Shown here: piece after piece, positions 1-10,099 of the stretch
Numbering within the stretch: position 1 is the stretch's first letter
Layout of the letters: each line of letters opens with the position of its first letter
Source of the DNA: a virus
Taxonomy: Duplodnaviria; Caudoviricetes
Virus record (IMG/VR): IMGVR_UViG_3300033075_000545
Span: 65,974-129,973 of that record
Length of the DNA: 64,000 nucleotides
Strand: one strand, 5' to 3'
Program-made: the position numbers and the translations under genes
Notes under the pieces: generated by a model
What the model was told of the DNA's origin: nothing
The model's input: the letters and a program-made list of their open reading frames with translations, nothing else
Databases searched by the model: none

Positions 1-2
1 AT

Positions 3-2204
3 TACGAGAGGAAGTTTAACTTCCAATCGCAGTACAACCAGGAAGGAGCATCTCGGATTCAAACCGAGATGAAAACGTTATATGCGAGACACCCACGTAC
101 GAACCTGTTGACATTCCCGTTGGGGCTCCGGCCGCGGATTGCGTCAGAGCTCAACAAGATCGGGTTGGAGGTGCGGTATTTTTCGAAGCCACTTCTGACA
201 CCAGAAGCTGAGAGCTTGGACTGGGACGGACTGTTTGCGGACTTCCAAATTTTTAGCGGTCAGGATGAGTGTCTGTCGAAAATCATCGCTGCGGATGGGG
301 GTGTGGTTGCCGCTACGACCGGAGCTGGAAAAAGTGTAATTATAAGAATGTTATGTCGTCTCTACAATAAGGCTAAGATCCATATCATTACGAAGTCAGC
401 AACACTGGCGGACGAGATTGTTACCGACGTTGCCAAGGTTATTCCCAACGTGGGTTTCGTTGGGGCGGGGAAGAAGAAGTTTAGTAGGGTGACGGTGTTT
501 ATCGCGGACTCGATGCATCATGGGATGGGTGAGGCGGATATTGTTTTGGCTGACGAGTGTTTTACCGGAGACGTAGAGGTGCTGGTTCCAGGCGGATCGC
601 GTCGAATTGACAGTGTGCGTCCAGGCGACTTAGTATATTGTGCAACCGGCTTGGGAAAAGTCGACAGCGTGTTCTGTCGGCCAAAGTCGAATCTTTACCG
701 AGTTGAATTCTCTGATGGCACACAATTCGTCTGTACTGGAGACCACCCCGTCTTCACCGAAAAGGGGTGGATACCATCCCGACAGTTGGATGGTTCGACG
801 GCTTTCGGCCCAGAAGCCGTGCGCTTTTTGTGGGAAGCCGATCGTACCGTGGCAGAACAAATCAAAGACGGGAAGGCCACAACACCAATCGGAACCGAGT
901 TGGACCAAGCAAAAGACCTGCTCGCAATCCTGTGCGAAGAGGCTTGCGAACCCGATGAGCAAGCTACAGACCCGTCTCAAGGTCCGCGCGCGATTACGAG
1001 AGATCAGGCACAAGCCGATCAAGAGAGGCGGGAACGGGCAATTGCTACCCTTACCTCAACTTGCGCTGCTACACGCACTCGGGGAAGGGTGGGAGTCCGA
1101 AGTGTCGATTCCAACGAAGAAACCAGTGGGGAGTGGTTACCCGACGGCGTACAAATTGGACATTGCTCACAAGGACAAGAAGATCGCGATCGAATTGGAC
1201 GGAGGCAGTCACTGCTGTCTGGAACGGAGGACGCAAGACGCGAAAAAGATGATCTTGATGGCCGAGCTCGGGTGGTCCGTGTTTCGCGTGTCGAATGCGA
1301 AGGCCCTGTCCCTGTATTCAACCTTCGTGTCAGTGGACACCCTTCTTACTTCGCTAATGGGAAATTAGTCCATAATTGTCACCAACTAGCTGCGCCGACA
1401 TACTCTCAAATGTTGGGGCGGTACACTTCGGCGAAGATGATTGGATTCTCAGCCACTCCAAAGGGGAGAATGGACGGACGAGATGTGTTGTTGGAAGCGA
1501 TTTTCGGACCGATCCTATATGAGTTTCCCTACCAAGAGGCACAGAGCGCTGGCCGTGTGGTGCCGATCACAACAGAATTCCTCCGTGTGAAGGAAGGCCC
1601 GGACGTAAGTGGGATCGGTTCGATTCCCGTTCGGGAGCAGGTTGGAATCTGGACGAATCAACACCGCAACAAAGTCATCGCTGAGAGGGTCAAACAGTTC
1701 GAACCGGACGAACAGGTGATGATCATGGTTAAGACCATCGAGCACGCCGTTCGACTTAAAGAGCTCCTTCCTGATTTTACTCTCATACACGCAGCAGACG
1801 GTATGGACCCGGAGAGGTTCCGGGAGTACGTTCGGTCTGGGATGCTGCAAGCCGACGAGCCACAATTGACCAAGGATCGATTGAAGACGCTGCGTCGCGA
1901 CTTTGCCAGTGGGAAATTGAAGAAGGTCATCAGCAACTATGTATGGTCCACTGGGGTGAACTTCGTCAATTTAGCGGTCTTGGTGCGAGCAGATGCTGCG
2001 GCCAGTGAGATTGCGGACGGACAGATCCCGGGGCGAATTTGTCGCCGGGTGCCTGGAATTAAGGAGTCTGCTCTCCTAATCGACGTTTACGATGAGTGGG
2101 ATCAGACTTTCTTGGAGAGATCGAGAAAGCGCCGTGTGAACTACGCTAAGAGGGGGTGGGAGATCACCTTCTCGGACCCGAGTTTAGCTTCTAAGGGTGG
2201 TTGA
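3..2204 (+). CDS. SF2 (DEAD/DEAH, UvsW/ResIII-like) helicase containing an intein; 5' end probably outside the window
   Basis: Walker A ATTGAGKS, motif II DE|CH split by an intein, motif III FSATP, motif VI QIPGRICR. The frame is open from position 3 to the ATG at 69. Confidence 0.9.
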   Translation, partial: YERKFNFQSQYNQEGASRIQTEMKTLYARHPRTNLLTFPLGLRPRIASELNKIGLEVRYFSKPLLTPEAESLDWDGLFADFQIFSGQDECLSKIIAADGGVVAATTGAGKSVIIRMLCRLYNKAKIHIITKSATLADEIVTDVAKVIPNVGFVGAGKKKFSRVTVFIADSMHHGMGEADIVLADECFTGDVEVLVPGGSRRIDSVRPGDLVYCATGLGKVDSVFCRPKSNLYRVEFSDGTQFVCTGDHPVFTEKGWIPSRQLDGSTAFGPEAVRFLWEADRTVAEQIKDGKATTPIGTELDQAKDLLAILCEEACEPDEQATDPSQGPRAITRDQAQADQERRERAIATLTSTCAATRTRGRVGVRSVDSNEETSGEWLPDGVQIGHCSQGQEDRDRIGRRQSLLSGTEDARREKDDLDGRARVVRVSRVECEGPVPVFNLRVSGHPSYFANGKLVHNCHQLAAPTYSQMLGRYTSAKMIGFSATPKGRMDGRDVLLEAIFGPILYEFPYQEAQSAGRVVPITTEFLRVKEGPDVSGIGSIPVREQVGIWTNQHRNKVIAERVKQFEPDEQVMIMVKTIEHAVRLKELLPDFTLIHAADGMDPERFREYVRSGMLQADEPQLTKDRLKTLRRDFASGKLKKVISNYVWSTGVNFVNLAVLVRADAAASEIADGQIPGRICRRVPGIKESALLIDVYDEWDQTFLERSRKRRVNYAKRGWEITFSDPSLASKGG
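558..1376 (+). mobile_element. Intein (273 aa) in the helicase DExH motif
   Basis: Starts CFTGDVEV, block B CTGDHPVF, ends VFNLRV...GKLVHN followed by Cys+1. Removal restores LADE-CHQ. Confidence 0.93.
640..1368 (+). CDS. Zn-finger plus DUF559/Vsr-like endonuclease overprinted (+1 frame) inside the helicase intein; true start may be ATG 715 or 790
   Basis: CAFC...CSQSC, then YKLDIA..KIAIELDGGSH..QDAKK..AELGWSVFRVSN, the typical DUF559 pattern. Confidence 0.82.
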   Translation: MQPAWEKSTACSVGQSRIFTELNSLMAHNSSVLETTPSSPKRGGYHPDSWMVRRLSAQKPCAFCGKPIVPWQNKSKTGRPQHQSEPSWTKQKTCSQSCAKRLANPMSKLQTRLKVRARLREIRHKPIKRGGNGQLLPLPQLALLHALGEGWESEVSIPTKKPVGSGYPTAYKLDIAHKDKKIAIELDGGSHCCLERRTQDAKKMILMAELGWSVFRVSNAKALSLYSTFVSVDTLLTSLMGN

Positions 2205-2205
2205 T

Positions 2206-2913
2206 ATGCCCAAGTACATTGATGATCTTCCGCCGGATACGTGGGAGATGGACGCGGACCCTGTTCCGCGGGGGATCCCATCTCGATCGATACTGGACCC
2301 AGAATCTGAAAAGGTCCGCACCGCGTGGATTCACGGTGTTCGTAAATTGGAAAGCCAGCGGATCGGTGCTCCGTCAAAGTACGTTCCACCTGTGCTTTTG
2401 GATGGTGGAGCTACATCGACGGGAAAGAAGTATAAGCCCGTATGGCCCGAGATTGTACGTAAAGCCAACCGAGACGGTCACGATCCGGTGGACCTGGTCC
2501 ATACGTACTTCGAGCGACACGTTTCCAACTTTGATCCTGCGGAGCACCCGAACAACATTTTCCGGGCAGAGAATCTGGAGTCTGTGCATAAGGCACGGCG
2601 ACAGGAACTCAACCGGATTCGGATTTTGATGGTCACCCACGAAGCAACCTGGCGGACGGCTGTTTGGGCTGCTATGGTGATCCTCCCTGATAAAGTTGCC
2701 GCTCACCGTAAGGCCCTCAAAGACGTGAGCAACGGTTTGACTCCGTTGTTCCGTTACTGTGTGGCCCGCCTGTACGAGATTGATGACCTAGCGGAAGCGT
2801 GGAAACAACTGGCCCACCAACAGTTCAATGGGTATCCGGAGGCGTACCTACAGTACTGGTTCAACATCCTTCCCAAAGAATTCATTCCCAAGGCGCCAAA
2901 CCGCGCCTCTTGA
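2206..2913 (+). CDS. Hypothetical protein in the replication module
   Basis: Long ORF abutting the helicase stop, with SD-like AAGGGTGG. Confidence 0.7.
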   Translation: MPKYIDDLPPDTWEMDADPVPRGIPSRSILDPESEKVRTAWIHGVRKLESQRIGAPSKYVPPVLLDGGATSTGKKYKPVWPEIVRKANRDGHDPVDLVHTYFERHVSNFDPAEHPNNIFRAENLESVHKARRQELNRIRILMVTHEATWRTAVWAAMVILPDKVAAHRKALKDVSNGLTPLFRYCVARLYEIDDLAEAWKQLAHQQFNGYPEAYLQYWFNILPKEFIPKAPNRAS

Positions 2914-2922
2914 GGTTCAGTC

Positions 2923-5625
2923 ATGCCCGAGATCGTTGACGCGACAGACCCCATTGGGTCTGCCGTGAAGCTCGCTCACCGTCCGCGACTGACACAACTG
3001 CAGATTTGTTGGATGCTCGCTGGGTGCATCAGAATCCCGAGCGTATTTGCCGCAGCGCAGCGGAACCTGACAACACAACTGTTTGAACCTTCAGAGACGA
3101 AGTTCATTTTGCTTTGGCGAGGGGCACTCGCAACTGCCGCGGATCATCGGGGGGCTATGCCGTCCGTGGATTCGGTTGCAAAAGACATCCTCGTCGTGAA
3201 GTGCGACGCGGAGATGGCCAACGACCCGACGGGCACGTTTTACACGCCTACGGTTCGACAAGCTGTAATGGGCGAGTCGGGTCTCCTAGATGAGATTTAC
3301 ATGCTGGCCGTTGGGCCAGAGACTGAGGTCGAAGCGTTTAAACTCCTAGCCGAGTTCATCAACGAGCGGGCCTCGTTCGATCCATTCCGTCGTGCTGTGA
3401 TGGGGATGGGGCCTAACCAAAGCGTGTCGGATTTCGGCAAGATCGTTGATGAAGTCCAAAAACAGACATTGAACATTGTCGGTTTGGGACGAGATCCCGG
3501 CACTTTAGCTGTGGATGAGGAAGTCGAGTTTCGTCCTGAGTCCCCAAATTTGTTCACCACAAGGGTGAACTGGATGGACCAGATGTTTAATGGGGGACAA
3601 GCGCCTAATGAGTGTTACTCGATCCTAGCCGCAACCGGTGCGGGGAAGTGCCATGGTATTAATACGCCCATTTTGATGTTCGACGGATCTGTGAAGATGG
3701 TTCAAGACGTTGTGGTCGGTGATTTGGTAATGGGGCCGGACTCTCGACCGCGGACTGTGCTGTCGCTTGGACGCGGTCGAGAGATGATGTACCGCGTGAC
3801 CGGAACAGACGAATCAAGTTACGTGGTGAACGAGTCGCACATTTTGAGTATCAAGATTACACCACGACGTGTGGGACAAAAGCATTGCGTACTAAATATC
3901 CCTCTACGCGAGTATCTTAAAGCAAATGAGACATTTAAGCATTGCGCCAAAGGTTACCGCGTCGGCGTTGAGTTCGGTACTAAAACGCTTCCGCTGGACG
4001 CGTATTACCTTGGTTTGTGGTTAGCTGACGGCTCCGTTGACGCGCCAACGATTCACAAACCGGATCCTGAAGTATTGGAGACCGTTACTACTATCGCGGA
4101 ATCTTATGGTTTGCGTGTTAACACGACCGGTCGTAATCGTTGCCCATCGCACCACCTGTCACGGAAGACGCGATCGGAGACAAACCGCTTACGCCAGAAG
4201 ATGTCGGAAATGGAGTTGTTCAACAACAAACACATTCCTCACGACTATCTGACAGCATCCAGGGATCAGCGTCTCCAGTTGCTTGCAGGCTTGGTGGACG
4301 GTGATGGGAGCCTGAGCCACGGAGGATACGAGTACAGCACGGTTTTGGAATCGTTGGCGGATTCCGTGCAATACTTGGCGAGATCCTTAGGGTTGGCGTG
4401 TCACAAAAAGCAACGAACGACGCGATGTCAGACGGGTGTGACTTGTGTGTCCTACAGGTTGTTTATTTCTGGTGACTGTTCCGTAATTCCTTGCCGCATC
4501 CCGAGGAAAATGGCGTCCCCACGTAAGCAAATCAAGGACGCGACTGTGTATGGCATCAAGATTGAACCTATCGGGGAAGGGGACTACTACGGGTTCACAA
4601 TTGACGGGGACCATTTGTACCTTCTGGGTGATTTCACGGTAACACACAATACATCGATGGGTGTGCAACTGTCGTTAGAAGGGGCGATGCTTCAAGCATC
4701 CCTCGTAGATGAGATCGGTCCAGAAGAGGCAGGACACTGGTATTACTTCACGTACGAGTTGACACGGAAGCAACTTCAATCTCGGGTATACCAGTACGGC
4801 GCGAAGATTCACGCGGATACCTTGCAACGGAACGAACCGTACAGCAGTTCGGTACGAAACCCAGGCGGGCTCAAGGCGTACGAACGGGATCCGTATGTGA
4901 ATTCAGATCCTGATCAGATGTTGGGAGAGTCCGAGCGTGTCGCGGCGTTCACGAAACGTATGTCGGGGGTGAAGAATCGCCTCCATTTGGTGGATTACTC
5001 AGGGGCGTGTGAAGGTCACGGGAATGGGTACATCCCAGAAATTGCAATGTACTTGAAACGACAACAGTCGATGGGTCGGAAGGTTACGGGGTTTGTGATC
5101 GACTACGCGGGTTTGGTTGTGGAGCGTTGGATCTCAAGCCAGAGAAAATTAAAGCCGGACGACGCGTTTCCTCTCTTGTCGTCGTTCATCGACAACGTAC
5201 GAAATACGATTGCCCTGCCGCTTGGGTGTACTGGTTGGATTCTGCACCAGTTGAAAGGGGCGGTTACCAAAAAGAGCGCGGGTACTAAGATGCACCACTC
5301 TGAAGCCCAGGGGTGTGCCAGCTTCGCCAACAACGCCGACTTCGCACTTCAGTGGGGTATGTACAACCGGGTAAACGGATTACTCACGGCAACGTGTACG
5401 AAACACCGTCGAGCCCCGGGAGTCGAAGACGGGATCATCGTTCAGTTCCGCGGCGAGTTCGGGGCCTTTGTCTCTCCGGACAAGGAGTATGCGATCGACC
5501 CGATGACGGGTGGATTCGTCCCGAAGGAATTCTTGGACAAACTCGACAACACTACTCAGTCACGAGGGCACGTCATGTCCGGGGCACCAATCGGTTCCCG
5601 GTTTGACCCGCTGGGTGACTTCTAG
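2923..5625 (+). CDS. DnaB-like (SF4) replicative helicase with intein
   Basis: P-loop ATGAGK|TS, FTYEL, VIDYAG, ILHQL, NADF motifs. Confidence 0.85.
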   Translation: MPEIVDATDPIGSAVKLAHRPRLTQLQICWMLAGCIRIPSVFAAAQRNLTTQLFEPSETKFILLWRGALATAADHRGAMPSVDSVAKDILVVKCDAEMANDPTGTFYTPTVRQAVMGESGLLDEIYMLAVGPETEVEAFKLLAEFINERASFDPFRRAVMGMGPNQSVSDFGKIVDEVQKQTLNIVGLGRDPGTLAVDEEVEFRPESPNLFTTRVNWMDQMFNGGQAPNECYSILAATGAGKCHGINTPILMFDGSVKMVQDVVVGDLVMGPDSRPRTVLSLGRGREMMYRVTGTDESSYVVNESHILSIKITPRRVGQKHCVLNIPLREYLKANETFKHCAKGYRVGVEFGTKTLPLDAYYLGLWLADGSVDAPTIHKPDPEVLETVTTIAESYGLRVNTTGRNRCPSHHLSRKTRSETNRLRQKMSEMELFNNKHIPHDYLTASRDQRLQLLAGLVDGDGSLSHGGYEYSTVLESLADSVQYLARSLGLACHKKQRTTRCQTGVTCVSYRLFISGDCSVIPCRIPRKMASPRKQIKDATVYGIKIEPIGEGDYYGFTIDGDHLYLLGDFTVTHNTSMGVQLSLEGAMLQASLVDEIGPEEAGHWYYFTYELTRKQLQSRVYQYGAKIHADTLQRNEPYSSSVRNPGGLKAYERDPYVNSDPDQMLGESERVAAFTKRMSGVKNRLHLVDYSGACEGHGNGYIPEIAMYLKRQQSMGRKVTGFVIDYAGLVVERWISSQRKLKPDDAFPLLSSFIDNVRNTIALPLGCTGWILHQLKGAVTKKSAGTKMHHSEAQGCASFANNADFALQWGMYNRVNGLLTATCTKHRRAPGVEDGIIVQFRGEFGAFVSPDKEYAIDPMTGGFVPKEFLDKLDNTTQSRGHVMSGAPIGSRFDPLGDF
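3649..4650 (+). mobile_element. Intein (334 aa) with LAGLIDADG endonuclease in the DnaB P-loop
   Basis: CHGINTPI...NESHIL...LGLWLADG...LLAGLVDGDG...YYGFTI...VTHN followed by Thr+1. Confidence 0.95.
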
Positions 5626-5632
5626 GACAACC

Positions 5633-6739
5633 ATGAGGCACGATCAACCAGTCTCGAACCCGGAGCTGGTGAGCAAGATGTCACAGCTCTTCGGGTCGGT
5701 TCAGGTGACACACGTTGGGGAGCCCTTAGAGGGGTACTACTGTCAGGACCCAGAGCGACCTGGGTCACAACGATTGAAGGTGGTGCGGTGGGGGGAACGG
5801 TACTTAGCGAACTGTCCGTTTTGCGGGGATAGCCGCAATCGGTTGGCGGTAAGTCATCGGTGTGGGATCCGGGACGAACAAGTGTTCTGGCCCAAGGATG
5901 ATGGCTTTGGGGTGTGGCATGGATCGGGTTGGGAATTGTGGAAGTGCTTTAACGAGGAATGTCAGAAGGATCCGGAGAATCGCAAAAAGTTCCGTACAGC
6001 GATCAGTACGGCGAGGTTTGATGGTCCGCTGTTGAGAGCGACAGACGTCGCGGTACGAAACAAGCCAACGTTGGAGCCGTACGAATTTCCGGGATTAATT
6101 GTTCCGTTGACGGAGTTGCCGAACGGGCACCCGGCACTAAGGTATTTGGTGAACCGGAAATTCGACCCGGCGGAGTTGGTAGCAAAATGGGGCATCGGAT
6201 ACGCCGCGGAGGTCCCGATAAGGTTGAAGGAGTCGATGGCACAAGGTCGAATCTCGATACCTGTGATGCGGGATGGTGTCGTAGTGGGGTACCAGTTTCG
6301 ATACCCAGACGACTTGGATTGGAAAGCAGCAGGGGTGATGAAGTACCTGACGTACTTTCCCAAATCCCTCACGCTTTATGGGATTGATGAAGCCGAGGGT
6401 GAGGGGATTTTGGTTTACTGCGAAGGTGTCACAGACGTGTGGCGGTACGGTCCTGGGGCGATCTGTAGCCTGGGTAAGGACATGTCGGCGGACCAGGTGA
6501 GTTTGTTGGTCAGTAGAGGGAAGACTCGACCGTTGGTACTCGTTCCTGATTGTGATGATCCGAAATCGGAAGAGGCATTTTTTAAGTCGGCTAAAGCGTT
6601 GGTACAGGCCGGATATCAGGGGAAGATTGGGGTGGCTGAATTGCCGCCTGGTAAGGATCCGGCGAGTATGCCGCTGAGGGACTTGCGGTTCCTCGTGATT
6701 AATGCTGCGGCTAGCGCGGAATCGTTTGTTACTACATGA
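5633..6739 (+). CDS. DNA primase (Zn finger plus TOPRIM)
   Basis: CPFC...C..EEC zinc finger, RISIPV, YCEGVTD, PDCDD, GKDPA. Confidence 0.88.
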   Translation: MRHDQPVSNPELVSKMSQLFGSVQVTHVGEPLEGYYCQDPERPGSQRLKVVRWGERYLANCPFCGDSRNRLAVSHRCGIRDEQVFWPKDDGFGVWHGSGWELWKCFNEECQKDPENRKKFRTAISTARFDGPLLRATDVAVRNKPTLEPYEFPGLIVPLTELPNGHPALRYLVNRKFDPAELVAKWGIGYAAEVPIRLKESMAQGRISIPVMRDGVVVGYQFRYPDDLDWKAAGVMKYLTYFPKSLTLYGIDEAEGEGILVYCEGVTDVWRYGPGAICSLGKDMSADQVSLLVSRGKTRPLVLVPDCDDPKSEEAFFKSAKALVQAGYQGKIGVAELPPGKDPASMPLRDLRFLVINAAASAESFVTT

Positions 6740-6787
6740 CCTTCCGGCTCGGCACTGCCAGACCGGTTACTGTCACAGGAGCCTCTC

Positions 6788-9700
6788 GTGATCAACCACG
6801 CTACAGTGGATTTGGCATCTCCGTCTTATCGCATTCGTTTTTTCGGTGGCCGTTCGGCCAAAGAAGTCGCAGACACCATGCCGATACTGCCTGTTGATGC
6901 TCCGGGGTTACCCCCGTTGGGGACATCACTGGTTCAGTTTGCTCGGACGTTGGGGGATGCTTCCCCGGAAGTTGTTACTACCAAGGGGCGAACTAAGGCG
7001 AAACCGGCTCGTGCGCACGGACCCTGGTTGACTGCGCTCACGCGATCGTTGATCTACCAGAATGGGACGGCGGTGACACTGGACGCAGGGTTGGACAAAG
7101 TCAGTGTCCCGTTTATGACCGGAAGAACCTACATTGAGGGTGACAACTACGTCGGCCCAGGGGCGTGCCGATTGATGATTATCGGTAAGTGTCTCGGGCG
7201 AACCGAGGTGGAGCAGCAAAAGCCGTTTTGTGGTGCCGGGAGCGAACCCTTGTGGCGGGCGTGGCGAGACGTGGGGTTACCGACTCGTCGGGGTGACGTT
7301 GGTGTGTATCTCACCAATCTTATTCGGTTCGAGCCGCCAAACGTGATGGGGACCAAGATTCCCAAGGAGTGGATGAACGATGGTGTTCACCTCTTGTACC
7401 AGGAGCTCGTCATTTGCCGCCCGGAGTTCGTGCTTGTTCTTGGTGCCGATGCTCTCAAAGCACTATTCGGTCACAAAGCTAAAGTCTCGGACTACAAGGG
7501 TCGTTTGGTGCCGTTGGAGATTGATTGTCGCCCTGATGTGAACTCTCCCGAGAACAAGTTTACGTGCAACGTCGTCGTCGCGGACCACCCGGCTGCGGTG
7601 TCACGGGATCCGGATCTTTACCCATCTCTGATTTCGTCGATGCGGTACCTGGCTCGGCATATGGGATATGGGGAGGCCATGGGTCAGGACCTGCCCACAG
7701 ACTACAAGGCGGTACTTACACTGGCGGAGCTTAAATCTGCAGTTGCCGAGACGGTGCGAGAGTCCGCTAACGGTGGGTACGTTTCGTTTGACTGTGAGTG
7801 GGAAGGTGCACACCCAAAAGACCCCGACGCGTATCTGTACACTGTTCAGTGGTCACACAAACCAGGACACAGTCGCGTTGCCTATCTACGTCGGTGTGGC
7901 GGTAGCGAGAATGCGGCTATGCCGTTACATGGGGCCGTTCCTTTGTTGCGGCGATTGTTTTGTGACGCAGGGGACCGCGGAGCGCGGTTGGTAGGACACT
8001 TTGCCAAGGCGGACCTTCCGTGGCTTGAGTCAGTTGGGGTCGATCTGTACCCACATTTCACAGCACCTGTGGACGACAAAGACGCGGATGGGACGGAGGG
8101 TAGGTACTGGGATTGGCAGCGGTGCTATGTCGAGGGTGCGTTCGATACGTATATTGCGGCTCACGCCGTGGATGAGAGTCAGCCTCGCGGGCTTGAGGTA
8201 CTCTCGTCGACACTTCTGGGTATGGACCGGTACGACGTTGATATCAGCAACTGGGTCGCAGAATACTGTAAGGCACAAGGCATTAAGCGATCCGCCCTTA
8301 AGGGGTACGGTAACATCCCTGAGGACCGTATGACTCCGTACGCAGCGAAAGACTGCGACGCAACGGGTCGGCTTTATCTGATGTACAACGGCGACCCGCG
8401 GAACGGGACTACAGGTCTTCTCGATAAGGATCGGTTTGGTAACAACTGCCGGCAAATCTTCGTGACGCGGATGCAGGCGTGGTCAGCGATTGCGGAGATG
8501 GAGCGGTATGGTATGGAGGTCGATTACGAAGCCCACAAACGTCTTCGTGGGTACCTGTCGTCGAGACGGGAGGAGTTGATTTCATCACTTCGGAAGAAGA
8601 TCGACTGGCCGGAATTTGATCCTGCCAAGCGTCTACAACGGTTGGAATTTTTGTTTGGTGAGCTGCACGCAACCAGCACCAACAAAAAGCCGCGACCTAA
8701 TGGGGCTTTGAGTCTCTATTTGACACCGTATAAGGCTACGCAATCCGGCGGGGGGAAGTTGTGGGATGAGGCTTGCAAAGCCGCGGAGCATAACGGCCTC
8801 CCAATGCCTACTCCGGCTGCGGACAAGGAAACACTGATCACGTTGAGTCGCGGGAACCCTTTGGTGGGACAACTTCTGGACATCGACTACCTCGGTACGG
8901 CCATGAAGATCATGTTCCGGTTGCCGACTGAGGTGACGAGGGTCAACGACGAGGATGAAGGGGAGGAGATCCACGACCGCGGGTTTATGCATTACGTCAA
9001 CCACGACAATCGCATTCGGACGCGGATAGGTCACGTGGAGACAGGTCGGTATTCCAGCAGTAAGCCCAATCTCCAAAACAACGTGTCGGAGGGTATGGAC
9101 GAGAACTACGATCGCATTTTAGGTTGGGGGAAGAATGCACCAGAGGATAGTGAACTCCGTAAATTGGCGTTCAAGTCGCGCACCATCATGAAGGCACAAG
9201 ATGGGTGGTTCATTGCGAACGCGGACTTGAAGGGTGCGGAGATCGCGATGGCCGGTTGGTACAGTGGTGATGAGAAGCTTATCGAACACGCTCGTCGGTC
9301 TACTCTGGACGAGTCGGATCTTGAGTGGTTGGACTTACATTCCGACCTTGCCGCCGAGGCGTTTGGGTTGAAGATTCCTTTGAAGGAAGTGAAGAAGCAG
9401 TTCAAGTCATTGCGGACTGCAGCGAAGCGTGCTCGATTCGGTCACTACTACGGCGCATCTCCAGATACGATCTGGCGACAGGTTACGGTCGAGAGTCCCG
9501 ATGTGACGGTGGAACAGATTCAGAAGATTGTGTCTGGTCACGACAAGATGTATCCGGTCCTTGCCGGATTCTTCGCAGCATGCCGTAGACGGTCTATGAA
9601 TCCGGGATGGATGTGTAACGGACACGGCGGGTACCGACGGTTTCGTCAGGTTACTGATCGGGAGCTTCAAGCGGCCCAGGAACGTGAGGCTCAAAACTGG

Positions 9701-10012
9701 GCGTGTCAGGGAGGTGTTGCGGATCATATCGCTAAGGCGCTTGGAATTCTGTGGTATGACCTGAGAAAGGCGAAGATGCGGTCGCGGATCGTTTTGTCGG
9801 TTCACGACTCGATCATGGTCGAGTGCCCACCGGACGAAATCAAAATCGTCGCGGAAGAGATGCTACCCGCGGCGATGACGACGAAGACGCCCGTGGTTGT
9901 GACGTCCTTGGATGGAATGCCGTTACCCCGTGGGCCGTATTTCTTCGGCGTGGATGTGACGGTTTATCGGAACTGGGGTGACGAAGTTCCAGAATCTGAG
10001 TGGCGCCGTTGA
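6788..10012 (+). CDS. Family A DNA polymerase with N-terminal uracil-DNA-glycosylase-like and 3'-5' exonuclease domains
   Basis: UDG4-like IIGKCLG..E..KPFCG, YLTN, HPAA. Exonuclease FDCEW, YAAKD. Polymerase ETGRYSS, ADLKGAEI, RTAAKRARFGHYYG, VHDSI. Confidence 0.92.
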   Translation: MINHATVDLASPSYRIRFFGGRSAKEVADTMPILPVDAPGLPPLGTSLVQFARTLGDASPEVVTTKGRTKAKPARAHGPWLTALTRSLIYQNGTAVTLDAGLDKVSVPFMTGRTYIEGDNYVGPGACRLMIIGKCLGRTEVEQQKPFCGAGSEPLWRAWRDVGLPTRRGDVGVYLTNLIRFEPPNVMGTKIPKEWMNDGVHLLYQELVICRPEFVLVLGADALKALFGHKAKVSDYKGRLVPLEIDCRPDVNSPENKFTCNVVVADHPAAVSRDPDLYPSLISSMRYLARHMGYGEAMGQDLPTDYKAVLTLAELKSAVAETVRESANGGYVSFDCEWEGAHPKDPDAYLYTVQWSHKPGHSRVAYLRRCGGSENAAMPLHGAVPLLRRLFCDAGDRGARLVGHFAKADLPWLESVGVDLYPHFTAPVDDKDADGTEGRYWDWQRCYVEGAFDTYIAAHAVDESQPRGLEVLSSTLLGMDRYDVDISNWVAEYCKAQGIKRSALKGYGNIPEDRMTPYAAKDCDATGRLYLMYNGDPRNGTTGLLDKDRFGNNCRQIFVTRMQAWSAIAEMERYGMEVDYEAHKRLRGYLSSRREELISSLRKKIDWPEFDPAKRLQRLEFLFGELHATSTNKKPRPNGALSLYLTPYKATQSGGGKLWDEACKAAEHNGLPMPTPAADKETLITLSRGNPLVGQLLDIDYLGTAMKIMFRLPTEVTRVNDEDEGEEIHDRGFMHYVNHDNRIRTRIGHVETGRYSSSKPNLQNNVSEGMDENYDRILGWGKNAPEDSELRKLAFKSRTIMKAQDGWFIANADLKGAEIAMAGWYSGDEKLIEHARRSTLDESDLEWLDLHSDLAAEAFGLKIPLKEVKKQFKSLRTAAKRARFGHYYGASPDTIWRQVTVESPDVTVEQIQKIVSGHDKMYPVLAGFFAACRRRSMNPGWMCNGHGGYRRFRQVTDRELQAAQEREAQNWACQGGVADHIAKALGILWYDLRKAKMRSRIVLSVHDSIMVECPPDEIKIVAEEMLPAAMTTKTPVVVTSLDGMPLPRGPYFFGVDVTVYRNWGDEVPESEWRR

Positions 10013-10036
10013 CATATTTTTTGCAGTGCGTACATT
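10009..10036 (+). promoter_or_regulatory. Putative sigma70-type promoter
   Basis: TTGACA-N16-TACATT upstream of ORF 10100. Confidence 0.45.
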
Positions 10037-10099
10037 ACCTGAGCCACCGTTTGGGTGGCGTAAAAAGAAGTCCCCGTTTAGGGGCAAAATAAGGAGCCG

